This document shows, in pieces, positions 36,447 through 48,125 of a stretch of DNA of 64,000 nt. Below the pieces are notes generated by a model that was given only the letters and a program-made list of their open reading frames with translations, was not told the origin of the DNA and searched no databases. Position 1 is the first letter of the stretch, and each line of letters begins with the position of its first letter. The stretch is from NCBI GenBank assembly GCA_052327205.1, contig CM126214.1, forward strand, positions 140,554,001-140,618,000, given 5' to 3'. Made by a program: the position numbers and the translations under genes. Source of the stretch: Somniosus microcephalus. Taxonomy: Eukaryota.

Positions 36447-38906
36447 ATGGAGAAGGTTAGGCAGATAGCAGAGCGCTTCAGCACTGAGGCTCTGGACCAC
36501 TTGGTGGCTGCAGTTGAACACCGTCGGGAGGTCCTGTACCCGGATAATGGCAAGAGGCCAAATCAGAAGGCTTATCGACGATCTTGGAGGGAGGTTGCTG
36601 TGAGGGTCAACTCCAGCAGCATGGCGACCAGGACCCCTGTTCAGTGCAGGAAGAAATTCAACGACCTCACATGGATCGTTAGGGTGAGTGATGGTTTACC
36701 AAACTTGTGCTTCCCTCCATCTACAGCTGACTTCGGGCACCCTGCTGCAATGATGCACCACTGGCCATCTGTCAGTATGCACCCATGGCCCTTTCTGGGC
36801 AGACACATGGACAGATGTCTCAAGGCCTCATGTAAGGGCTCTTGCACAATAGGGGGCATGTGATGATGTCTCAAGGCCTCATGTAAGGGCTCTTGCACAA
36901 TGGGGGGCATGCGATGATGTCTCAAGGCCTCATGTAACAGAACCTCCCCTTCTTTCCCCTGCAGTCCAAGATGGCGCATAGAAACACAGAAGATAGGAGC
37001 AGGAGTAGGCCATTCGGCCCTTCGAGCCTGCTCCGCCATTCAACGAGATCATGGCTGATCATCCAAACCCTAGCACCCAGTCCCTACACCAACAGCCATC
37101 CCACCCAAGCCCTATCCCTGTAACCCCACGTATTTAATCCCCCCAAACACTAAGGGCCAATTTTTTTATCATGGCCAATCAACCTAACCCGCACATCTTT
37201 GGACTGTGGGAGGAAACCGGGGCACCCGGAGAAAACCCACGCAAACACGGGGAGAATGTGCAAACTCCACACAGACAGTCACCCGAGGCCAGATATGAAC
37301 CCGGGTCCCTGGCGCTGTGAGGCAACAGTGCTAACCACTATGCCACCGTGCTGCAGATTAGAAAAGAACAGCGTCGAACCAGTGGTGGACCTGCACAAGT
37401 GGTCACTCTCACGGATCTGGAGGAGAGAGTGCACCAGATACTTGGAGGACGTCTGTCTGGTCCAGTGACCACTGCATCTGCCGACCCCATTACCGACAGC
37501 GAGGGTAAGACTCTGACCTTTTCCACCTGTTGCCTTCCACTTGGTCCCCCCGCCAGCATGCATCCTCAGTGTGCAGCCATGTCAGAGCCATGCCGCAATC
37601 TGGCATGCCTTTCAGCAAACCTGTCCTTTTGCTAAAGCCACTCTTCCACCTCCCACTTTCAGATGAAGCAGCACCAACTCGGGCTCAACGTGCTGAAGCT
37701 GCCAGTGCCAGTGCCACCGGAGGTGAGGACCAGGAGGAATCCAGACCAGCCGTTGCAGAATCCGGGGAGCTGAGACATCTGCAGACTGGGGATAGTAGTC
37801 CCCTGGAGGGGAGGGGGGGTGGCTCTGAGGATGAACCAGTTGCCGGACCAAGCGGCATGGAGCAACACAGGGGGGATAGGCAAGTTCGCCCACTGTCTCC
37901 CCGCAGGACAAGGCAGGTCGTCATGACTGCTGCACAGAGTGCAGATGAGGTCCGTCGCCTGGCAGAGATGAGCAACCAGGCCCGGGTCAGACACACGGAG
38001 CTGATGGCTGCAGTGGAGAAAATGCCTGAGTCAATAGATTCATTGGCTAGGAGTATGTTGGACTTTGGGGCAACAATGGAGAGGACTCTGCAGGGCTTTG
38101 GCGCAACAATGGAGAGGTCTCTCCAGGTGTTCGGGGAAACAATGGACAGGTCTATCCAGGGCTTCGGGGCCACAATGGACAGGACTATCCAGGGCTTCGG
38201 CCCAACAATGGAGAGGACTGTCCACGGCTTTGAGTCGGCAATGGAAAGGACTGTTCAGGGCTTCGGACAATCCCTGGAAAGGTCTGTGCAGGGCTTGCCC
38301 GAGGCAGTGGAGCGGTCGGCTCCTGCCTTGTCCGAGGCCATGGGAAGAACTGTCCAGGCCTTCTCCGAAGCACTGGCACCTGGCACACAGGTCCTCACTG
38401 TTGCCACACATTCACTTGCTGGGCTCCTTCACAGCCAGATTGACGCAACGCGATGTCTCACTGCAGCCACCCTCTCTGCATCAGATAGGATCACCCCGGG
38501 CCCTTCCACTCCCATACAAGGCCAGGAATCCGTGGAGCCTGCGATTGTGGCGGATGAGCCGAGCCGCTCCCCTCAGATAGCCAGTGTGTCGTCCGACCAT
38601 GGTGCAGGTGTCCTCTCTCGTCAGGAGACCATTCCACATGCCAGTGCTGGGACGCCTGCATTGCAGCTGCCACCACCTGCAGCCCACACTGCTTCCAGCC
38701 ATGCTCAAAGCAAGCATCCTGCGTCCGCACCCTCCAAGCCCAGAGGTCGGCCAGGCCGTACCTCAGGGGCTTCTGCGCTTCCAGACAGTCGGCAAGTGTC
38801 CCCCAGCCTTGAGGCCGCCACTGGGGTGCAATTACATAGGAGCAGCAGGGAGGGAAGGGGCCGGGCGCAGAAGAGAAGTCGTTCTCCCTCAAGGGGCCAG
38901 TTGTAG
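36447..38906 (+). CDS. H2 Myb/SANT partner, 3 exons, SINE inserted in exon 2
   Basis: Exon 1 36447-36683 (79 aa, same length as in H1, GTGAGT donor). Exon 2 36965-37504 is interrupted by a SINE. Exon 3 37663-38906 is open and in phase. Confidence 0.85.
36814..36937. repeat. ~51-bp tandem repeat (~2.4 units) in H2 Myb intron 1
   Basis: GATGTCTCAAGGCCTCATGTAAGGGCTCTTGCACAAT.GGGGGCATG repeated. Confidence 0.85.
36980..37354 (-). mobile_element. HE1-type V-SINE with CR1-derived tail
   Basis: Minus strand: tRNA head GCAGCACGGTGGCATAGTGGTTAGC..GGTTCATATC, V-domain TGTGTGGAGTTTGCACATTCTCCCCGTG..GGTTTCCTCCCACAGTCCAAAGA, tail matching the CR1 3' UTR. Confidence 0.9.
38064..38393 (+). repeat. 33-bp coding repeat, ~10 units of 11 aa
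   Basis: FGATMERTLQG / FGATMERSLQV / FGETMDRSIQG / FGATMDRTIQG / FGPTMERTVHG / FESAMERTVQG / FGQSLERSVQG, then three more degenerate units. Confidence 0.9.
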
Positions 38907-39183
38907 AGGGAGGTGCTGAGACGTTTGTTTGTCCAAATTCAAGGACACCCTCACCTGCTGTTATAGGTGCAGATTTTTGTTGAGTTTTGCTGCTTTGCCG
39001 AACAGGTCACATTTATTTTGGAAGTTATGGTTTCTGCTCACTTTACGTTGTTTAGCTGTAATGAAAGACTTTTGTGTCAATAAACAGAAGTTTAAATGTT
39101 GCTTGGTGCATGTGACTACTTTCAGTGATGCTGGCATGCAGAGGCCCTCAAACATCCAAAGTGCGCATGAGGTAAGACTCTCA

Positions 39184-39795
39184 TCATTCCGCCACAGGGG
39201 TGTCGAGACGAGTCCAGAGGAGCCTCTGACGTATGGCCCTTCCACTTTCAGCAGCCCTTCCATCTTCCTCCTCCTCCTCCTCCTCCTCCGCCTGCTCTTC
39301 CTCCTCCTCCTCATACTCCTCCTTCTCTGCCTGCTTGTGCAGGGTCCGAAGGAAGGTAATGAATGGACGCGTTCGCCTATAAAGGGCATCTGTCACTTGC
39401 CGGATGCAACAGCGGACTGCAGCCTGAGCGACAGTCGCATTGTCCCCAATGGCTGACTGAAAGGATCCGTTGGCATAAAAATGGAGGCCTTCAGTCAGTG
39501 TAGCCATCACGGACAGAGAGGTTCTGCAGCGTTCATGCGGCAGCAGATCCTGACCAAGCAGGTGGCACAGGTCAGTAACAATGTCCCTCCAGATTCGGAG
39601 CCTTCGCAAACACTGCTCCTCCGACATGTCAAGGCTTGTCACCTGCTGCCTAAAGACCCTCGCAGCATCCCATCGGATTGGCCGACCTCCATTGCCCCTC
39701 CTCCTTCTGGCTAATCCCGGCCCTCTCTCCCGCCGTCTCTCTGCCCCTTCACAGTGTTGGGCGATGAGGCTGTCGCCCTCCAAACAAGCTCCCAT
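39184..39795 (-). CDS. H2 transposase with in-frame deletion of the DDE domain (203 aa)
   Basis: N-terminal region QCLRRLR..LHFYANGSFQ..CIRQVTDAL..FITF joins directly to the acidic tail and RAIRQRLL end. IDCTH, GDKGY and IEQ motifs are absent. Confidence 0.85.
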   Translation of the reverse strand: MGACLEGDSLIAQHCEGAERRRERGPGLARRRRGNGGRPIRWDAARVFRQQVTSLDMSEEQCLRRLRIWRDIVTDLCHLLGQDLLPHERCRTSLSVMATLTEGLHFYANGSFQSAIGDNATVAQAAVRCCIRQVTDALYRRTRPFITFLRTLHKQAEKEEYEEEEEEQAEEEEEEEEDGRAAESGRAIRQRLLWTRLDTPVAE

Positions 39796-40720
39796 TCCGA
39801 TGCCAGTTGGTCAAAAGGCTTTTAGGTGTAGTGCTGCAAGTGGTTCGGACAGGGTTGAAGGTCCCAAGTACTGTAAAGCTCAAATCCCAGAACTCCGCTC
39901 CACATTAGCTCGCCAACTCTCTCTAGCAGCGATCACAATGAGCAGGCCAAGTGGCAGAAGATTCTGCACTAGAGCTGTCCCCTTTAAATAGCGCCGCCCT
40001 ACTCCGAGAAGGGCCTGTTAGCCCTCCCTCGAACTGTCACTAATAGCGCTGGGCGCTAAGGCTCCGGGCGCCACCCAATATGCGCTCAGGCGCTCCTAAA
40101 AGGCGTTGCACACTGAAATGACGTCATGAGCTGTTTGCGCTCGCGGGCGCGTGCAAACACTTAGCGCAGGCGCTAAATGTATAGTCAATTTCTGAGTCGG
40201 CGCTATCCTCATAACGTTCGCCCCAACATAGGGCTTCGCCCCAATTCTAGGTCTCTTTAGGCGCTCAGCGCCGGCGCTACCAACCCAATTTCTAGGCCTA
40301 TGTTTCTATGATAATAGAGATGCACAGCTGCATGATTGCTGTAACTGAGGTCATTGGAGGTTATCTAGAAGAACCCAGCTGCATATAAATTCAGCACTCT
40401 GGTCACTTTTGCAGCTACTGATAAGGCTGGGCTTCATGTTGACGTGGGCTGGAAGTCTTCAACCAGCAGCTGGCATAACTCGCCAATAACCTCTAACATA
40501 TTGTCAGTGTGAAAAACCAAGGTTGAGTGGGTACCTATGGGTCGGCTGAAAATGTCTTCTATGATGCCTCACTCCAGCCTTCGTCCTTGTCTACTCCATA
40601 TCCTTATCATCATACCCTTCAGAACATAGGATTAAGGGTATTCCCATAGTGTACATCAAGTATTTGCCCCAAAATGCATTCGTTTACTGTACTCACTTCA
40701 AATTTCACATACTATTCATT

Positions 40721-41632
40721 TTCTTCTTAGGCAGTCCCTCAGAACCGAGGATGACTTGCTTCCACATTAAAAATGAGTTCACAGGTGACTGATTAGTCCA
40801 ATGCGGGACCTACAGTCTCTGTCACAGGTGGGGCAGACGGTGGTTGAAGGGGCAAGTGGGTGGGGTGCTTGGGTTGACGTATGCTCCTTGCGCTGGCTGC
40901 GCTTGGCTTCCGCTTGCTCCCAGCGAAGAGACTCGAGGTGTTCGGTGCCTTCCCAGATGCTTCTCCTCCACTTTGTGCAGTCTTGGGCCAGGGAGTCCCA
41001 GGTGTCGATGGGGATGTTACACTTTTTCAAGGAGGCTTTGAGGGTGTCCTTGAAGCATTTCCTCTGCCCACCGGAGCTCCGAGTAGAGCGCTTGTTTTGG
41101 GAGTCTCGTATCGGGCATGCAGACAATGTGACCCATCCATCGGAGCTGATTGAGTGTGGTCAAAGCTTCAATGCTGGGGATGTTGGCCTGAGCAAGAACA
41201 CTGACGTTGGTGTGCCTATCCTGCCAATGGATTTGCAGGATCTTGCGGAGGCAGCGTTGGTGGTACCTCTCCAGTGCGTTGAGGTGCCTGCTGTACATGG
41301 TCTGTGTCTCTGAGGCATACAGCAGGGCGAGTATCGCTGCTGCTCTGTAGACCATGAGCATAGTGCCTTGTATGTGGTCCTGGTCTTCAAACTCTCTCTT
41401 CCTCAGGCGACCGAAGGCTGCACTGGCACACTGAAGGCGGTGTTGGACTTCGTCGTCGACGTCTGCCCTTGTTGACAGTAGGCTCCCGAGGTATGGAAAG
41501 TGGTCCACATTGTCCAAGGCCTTGTCGTGGATTTTGATAATAGGGCGGCAGTACTGTGTGGCGGGGGCAGGTTGGTAGAGGACCTTTGTCTTACGGATGT
41601 TTAGTGTAAGGTCCATGCTCTCGTACGCTTCG
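40721..41632 (-). mobile_element. 5'-truncated RTE LINE
   Basis: Same family as 44369-48125: FPYLGS, LRWMGH, CPTC..GLISH, (GAA)n tail. Confidence 0.9.
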
Positions 41633-41669
41633 CCATAACCATCCCTCCATTGTTGAGCCAGAACACTGC

Positions 41670-41920
41670 ATCATGATAATTGATTGGAGGCCAGGGATAC
41701 CCCTGCATCTGTGGTTGATGACAACTCTAAGGCATCCACACTCAACAGGAGCCAACAGTTACAGTGAGACCCTTGAAGCAATTTAAATTTGCCATTAAGC
41801 ATTCAGTTGGGATACTGAAACTTCACAGGTCTGGTGGAGCCCTGCAGTGCAGGCTGGCGAGGGTATAAAGAATAATTGTAACCTGCTATGTGCCTCACAA
41901 CTATGCAATTCAGAAAGACT
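41670..41920 (+). pseudogene. Old Harbinger transposase C-terminal relic
   Basis: Decayed LIGGQGY..LWLMT..VGILK..RSGGALQ..RIIVTC..HNYAIQ. Confidence 0.7.
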
Positions 41921-44368
41921 TAGTTAACTGAATGGTGGAACAGGCTTGAAGGGCTGAATGGCCTAGTTCTTTTCCTGTGTTCCTATATTTCTATGTTCCA
42001 GGCAGCGATGCAGCTGCTATCCACATATCCATCTACTCAGGCGATAGAAATAGTTATAAGTACTGGCTTGTCGAGATAGAACAGAGAGTTTCTGCAAAGA
42101 AGTTGGCTCCCACTTCAAGGGAAGTAAGGGGTATATCTGGGCAGCAGCCCCACTATGTTTAGTTCACCCAGTTCAATCGCATGTCCGTGCTATTGCAGTG
42201 ATTCAGAACTACATGGGCGCAGAGACATATATTTACAAAAATATCATCAAAGTACTCAGTTTAAAGATTCTGAAAAGGGATTCCTCTCCCTCCTCAAAAG
42301 AATCTATTACATGAGTGTGACACTTTCCATTTCTCACAACATCCATTCTGTGATCTCTCTGAGTAAGATGACGAATTTACCAAAATTAGTTAAGGTTTTA
42401 TGCTGCGAGTTTGTGCCCACTTGGAACTAAGGTGAAGCTGTCAAACTCATTCCACAAAGGATTTATAATGCCAACAATCAGAGGAAACATTCATCCCACC
42501 GTTCTGGGCTGGACTACTTTGTTATTGCTGTCTATACATAAACCTTGAAAGATGACCAGATGGGAGCTAACCATTGTTGTTATTAATACTGTTGTTACCT
42601 GGTTATTAAATATTACTCAGTCATCACTCTCTTCAACATATTAGTAGGCAATTAACTCCACTGTAATTATATCTTAAATACTTCTTTTTGCCCCCCTTAG
42701 AATGAAGCTGTTGTTATACAGTTATTAAATGTTACAACGTTGTCATTCATTGCACTGTGTTAACATATTAATAGATAGCTTACAGCATTGCAATTATGCT
42801 CTTGTTAAATATGGTAATAATGAATGTTCCGTGATATTTTGTTCTGGATTGTGAAAGTAGGAGCTGATTAAAATAGAAGGCGGTGCTGAGTTTTTTTATC
42901 ACGGTCAGGCCTTGAATTCCAGAATAAGACAGAGAAGGAGGCTGGAATTTTCCCATTCCCGTGCGTGTGGGTTTGGAGGCAGGTCGGCTGTAACAATTAC
43001 GGAAATAGGCAGCGCGTTGGGACCCCGCCGTCATCCCGCCTCCTCGCGCCTTTAACTCGGGCACTTTTCCCAGCGCACCACAGGCCCGATTGGCAGAGGC
43101 AGGTGACCAAATTCAACTCATTAAATGTTTGTTATCAGACCTTTAAGAGGTTTTTTAACTTCAGCTTCTGAATTTAATGGCATGAACACGGGAAGCACGC
43201 AGCTCGGGAACCTCACTTGTGAAGGGGAGATGGAAGCTCAGTGGCCATTGTGTGAAGGCATTAACTGACAGCTGGGAATACCAGATAAATAGACACACCT
43301 TACACCTCATTGGTTGCCGAAGGGAAAGGTTTTTGCTGATTCTATTTTTGTGCACAGATTTAGGTTTCTGGAGTTTGCAGATCAGTTCTGCAATCTCGGA
43401 AGCCACTCTCAGCACATTGCTAGTCAGTATTAGAACATTGAGGGATTGTCCCTCTGATCACTACTTGACCTGCCATCTACAACATCAGCACGGGTGCCAA
43501 GATGAGCCCCAACACCAGCCACACCACAGTAGCAGCAGCCACAACAGCAGCCTTCTCCTCAACGACCTGATGCTCCACAGGAGAGAGGGGGGCACCACAG
43601 GGCTGCACCGCTCTGGAGGCAATACCCCCAACACAGGGTATACAGGCAGAGGATGAGCTTCCTCAACAGGACTGAGCAGCAGTGCTTCAGAAGGCTCAGG
43701 CTATCGTGCCAGGTCATCGCAGATATTTGTAGCTTGCTGGAACAAGACCTGCGGCCCAGAGGTTCTGGTGGACATGCCTTAACAGTGGCTGTCAAAGTCA
43801 CCACTGCTCTCAACTTCTTCGCCTCAGGCTCCTTCCAGGGATCTGGAGCAGATATTTGCAGGATCTTGCAGTCGGCCGCCCACAGATGCATCACCCTGGT
43901 CACCAATGCCATGTTTCACAAGTCAGCCAATTATATCAACTTTGCCACTGATGAAGCCAGTGTTACTGAGCGGGCGCTCAGCTTTGCAGCTCTGGCTGAC
44001 TTCCCACGGGTGCAGGGCATTATCAACTGCACAAATGTGGCCATGAAGGCACCCCATCATCACCCAAGAGTGTTTGTGAACCGCAAGGGCTTCCACTCCC
44101 TCAATGTGCAGCTCATCTGCAACCATAAAAAGATGATTATGCATGTGTGTGTCAGATTCCCTGGCAGCTGTCATGACTTTTTCATGCTGTGCCAGTCCAC
44201 CCGCCCTCAGCTCTTTGCACCTCCAAACAGACTTACCAGCTTGCTGCTTGGAGATAAGGGCTATCCACTGAAGACGTGGCACATGACATCCCTGAGGAGG
44301 CCAAGTACTGAGGCCGAGGACCGTTATAATGAAAGCCACATCGCAACCAGAAGTGTCATAGAACAAGC

Positions 44369-47300
44369 TCACTCACTAGAAGGAGACACACTATAAGGAG
44401 GTTGGGACCCAGGAGTGAGGTCGAGGCCCAGGAGCGAGGACGGGACCCAGGAGCGAGGACGAGGCCCAGGGGCGAGGACGGAGCCCAGGGGCGAGGTCGA
44501 GGCCCAAGAGCGAGGAAGAGGCCCAGGGGCAAGGACAGGGCCCAGGAGCAAGGAAGAGGCCCGGGAGCGAGGACAAGGCCCAGGAGCGAGGTCGGGACCC
44601 AGGAGCGAGGACAAGCCCAGCAGCGAGGTCGAGGCCCAGGAGTGGTGCAGCGTGGACCAGCAGCGGGGTCGGGAGGACCACACTGCAGCCTATGAAACCC
44701 AGGCAGAGAGGACCTGCGGGAAGGAGGGAGGAGGACAGTAGGAGTACGTTTGTGTGTATGTGCTAGGCCAATGTAGCAGAGCCTGGTCTCCAATCATCTT
44801 GGATCCCCTTGCCATTGGACCAAGACCTTGCTCTGTCAAGCCCGTCTGGTAGCTAGTGTGGAAGGGCCACCCCACGTTAAAAGAATTGAGGCATAGGCAT
44901 CTTCCACCCTTTAAAATGAAATTCGGGACCTGAAGCGTCAGGACCCTCATGGACAACCTCAACAGCGACAGACCGGAACGCCGTACTGCTATCGTTGCCC
45001 GGGAGCTCAGACGTTTTGACATAGACATCACCGCCCTAAGTGAGATCCGGCGGGCAGGGGAAGGCCAGATCAAGGAGCAAGGCAATGGTTACACCTTCTT
45101 CTGGAAAGGCAAACCTGAAGAAGGACGGCATCTCCATGGGGTAGGCTTTGCCATAACAAATGAGCTAGTTGAACGTCTCAGAGACTCCCCTTGTGGAATA
45201 AACGAACGCCTCATGACTCTACGGCTCACCCTAGCCCGGAACCAGTGCGCTTCGGTCATCAGTGCGTACGCCTCAACACTGGAAGCCACAGACGAGACCA
45301 AAGAGGAATTCTACTCCAGCCTCGAACAATCCCTGTCCCGAGGCCCAACGGGCGACAAGCTGATCCTCCTTGGCGACTTCAACGCCAGAATTGGAAAGGA
45401 CAGGGTCCTCTGGGGAGGTGTGATCGGCAGAGAGGGGGTAGGGAAAGCCAACTCCAATGGTACCCTCCTCCTGACGATATGCTTAAAACATGGCCTGGTC
45501 ATAACCAACACCTTGTTCCGTCAGAGGGACAAGTACAAGGCTTCATGGCAACTCCCTCGCTCCAAGCACTGGCATCTGCTGGACTACGTCATTGTCAGAA
45601 GGCGGGACCGCAAGGACGTCCGCATCACCCGCGCTATGACAGGAGCTGACGACTGCTGGACAGACCACCGCCTAATCCGCTCTGTCATCTCCATCAACGT
45701 AGCCCCAAAACAGCAGCGGCAACAGAAGCAATGCCGCAGGAAAATCAACGCTGGAGCACTCAAAGACCCCACTAAGAAAGCCCTATTCAGCCTGCGCCTC
45801 ACAACCAACCTGATGACTCCCAGTGATTCAGAGACACAGTGTCCACAGTGCCTGGTCTGCACTCAAGGCCTCCATAATCAGCACCTGTGAAGAGATGCTC
45901 AGTCACTTGACCAGGAAACACCAAGACTGGTTCGACAGGAACGACTAGGAGATCCAGGAGCTAATAAGCCGCAAGTGCAAGGCATTCCTGATCCTGAAAC
46001 AACAACAGAACTCGAGAGCAAGAAAGCAGCTCTACAGACGCCTGAAGGCCAAGGTCCAACAAAAAACTCATGACCTAAAGAACAGATGGTGGGTGGAGAA
46101 AGCGCAGGAGATCCAGCAGCTAGCCGACAACCACGACATGCATTGATTCTTTAGCGCAGTCAAGACCGCCTACGGCCCAAGCACCCAAGGTCCTACACTA
46201 TTGTGGGCCAAGAACGGAGAGGTACTCATCAAGGACAGAGAGGCAGTCAGTGCCCACTGGAAGGAGCACTTCGAAGATCTCCTTAACCGAGACTCTGTCT
46301 TTGACACGAGTGTCCTGAACTCCATTCCGCAGCTTGTTACCCGCCACCACCTCAGCACAACCCCAGCCCGGCATGAGGTTGAAAAGGCCATCCGAAAATT
46401 GAAGAACAACAAGGCCACAGGAGCAGATGGAATCCCCGCCGAGTCGCTAAAACATGGCAGAGAAGCACTATCGGCGTGAATACATGAACTAATTTCTCTT
46501 ATTTAGAAGGAGGGGAACATGCCAGGGGATCTCAGAGACGCCGTAATCATGACCATCTTCAAGAAAGGTGACATGTCTGATTGCGGTAATTACAGAGGAG
46601 TCTCCCTGCTGTCTGCCACAGGGAAAATAATCGCAAGAATCCTCCAAAATCGCCTTCTCCCAGTGGCTGAAGAGCTCCTCCCAGAGTCACAATGCGGATT
46701 CCGCCCACTAAGGGGCACAATGGACATGATCTTCAACGCACGACAACTATAAGAGAAATGCAGGGAACAGCAACAACCGCTGTACATGGCCCTCTTTGAC
46801 CTCACAAAGGCCTTCGACACCATCAACCGTGAGGGATTATGGAGTGTCCTCAAATTCGGCTGCCCTCAAAAGTTTATCACCATCCTCCACCTGCTTCACG
46901 ACGACATGCAAGCCATGATCCTGACCAATTCACGTACGGACTGGGGTCAAGCAAGGCTGTGTCATCGCAACAACGCTCTTCTCAATCTTCCTAGCTGCAA
47001 TGCTCCATCTCACCCTCAGTAAGCTCCCTGCTGGAGTGGAGCTAATCTACAGAACAAACGGGAAACAGTTCCATCTCCGTCGCCTCCAGTCCAGATCCAA
47101 GGTCGTCCCATCCTCTTTCATCGAATTACAGTATGCAGACAATGCTTGCATCTGCGCACACTCTGAGGCCAAATTCCAAACCATCGTCAACACCTTCACC
47201 GAAGCATACGAGAGCATGGGCCTTACACTAAACATCCATAAGACAAAGGTCCTCTACCAACCTGCCCCCGCCACACAGTACTGCTCCCCGATTATCAAAA

Positions 47301-48125
47301 TCCATGACAAGGCCTTGGACAACGTGAACCACTTTCCATACCTTGGGAGCCTACTGTCAACGAGGACAGACATCGATGACAAAGTCCAACACTGCCTTCA
47401 GTGTGCCAATGCAGCCTTCGGTCAGCTGAGGAAGAGAGTGTTTGAAGACCAGGACCTCAAACCCAGCACCAAACTCATGGTCTACAGAGCAGTAGTGATA
47501 CCCGCCCTCCTGTATGCTTCAGAGACATGGGCCATATACAGCAGGCACCTCAAAGCAATGGAGAGATAACACTGCAAAATCCTACAAATCCATTGGCAGG
47601 AATAGGCGCACCAATGCCAGTGATCTCGCTCAGGCCAACATCCCCAGCATCGAAGCTTTGACCATGCTCGAACAGCTCCGATGGACGGGCCACATCATCC
47701 GCATGCCCGATACGAGACTCACAAAACAAGCGCTCTACTCGGAGCCCCGGCACGGCAAGAGAGCCCCAGGTGGGCAGAAGAAACGCTTCAAGGACACCCT
47801 CAAAGCCTCCTTGAAAAAGTGCAACATCCCCACCGACACCTGGGAATCCCTGGCCCAAGACCGCACAAAGTGAAGGAGCAGCATCCGGGAAGGCACCGAA
47901 CACTTCGAGTTTCTTCGCCGGGAGCAAGCGGAAGCCAAGTGCAAACAGTGGAAGGAGCACATGTCAACCCAAGCACCCCACCCACCTGCCCTTTCAACCA
48001 CCGTCGACCCCACCTGTGGCAGAGACTGTAGGTCCCGCATTGGACTCATCAGTCACCTGAGAACTCATTTTTAGTGTGGAAGCAAGTCATCCTCGGTTCC
48101 GAGGGACTGCCTAAGAAGAAGAAGA
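44369..48125 (+). mobile_element. Full-length RTE-clade LINE with inactivated ORF
   Basis: 9-bp TSD AGAACAAGC (44360-44368, 48126-48134). 5' UTR contains a tandem array. ORF ~44916-48074 has APE endonuclease (ALSEIR, GDFNA, TDH), RT (QCGFR, DLTKAFD, YADN) and a C-terminal zinc finger, with multiple stops. (GAA)n tail. Confidence 0.95.
44403..44642 (+). repeat. ~18-20-bp tandem array in the RTE 5' UTR
   Basis: About 12 units of GAGGCCCAGGAGCGAGGAC variants. Confidence 0.9.

Larger units (their letters stand above)
36089..40298 (-). mobile_element. Two-gene Harbinger transposon H2 with deleted transposase
   Basis: Perfect 16-bp TIR GGCCTAGAAATTGGGT / ACCCAATTTCTAGGCC, TSD TAT (36086-36088, 40299-40301), GGCGCTA subterminal repeats, CRE TGACGTCA at 40119. 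Confidence 0.95.

Noticed and set aside
44356-44793. Cluster of ORFs on both strands
   Set aside because: Artefact of the tandem array in the RTE 5' UTR.
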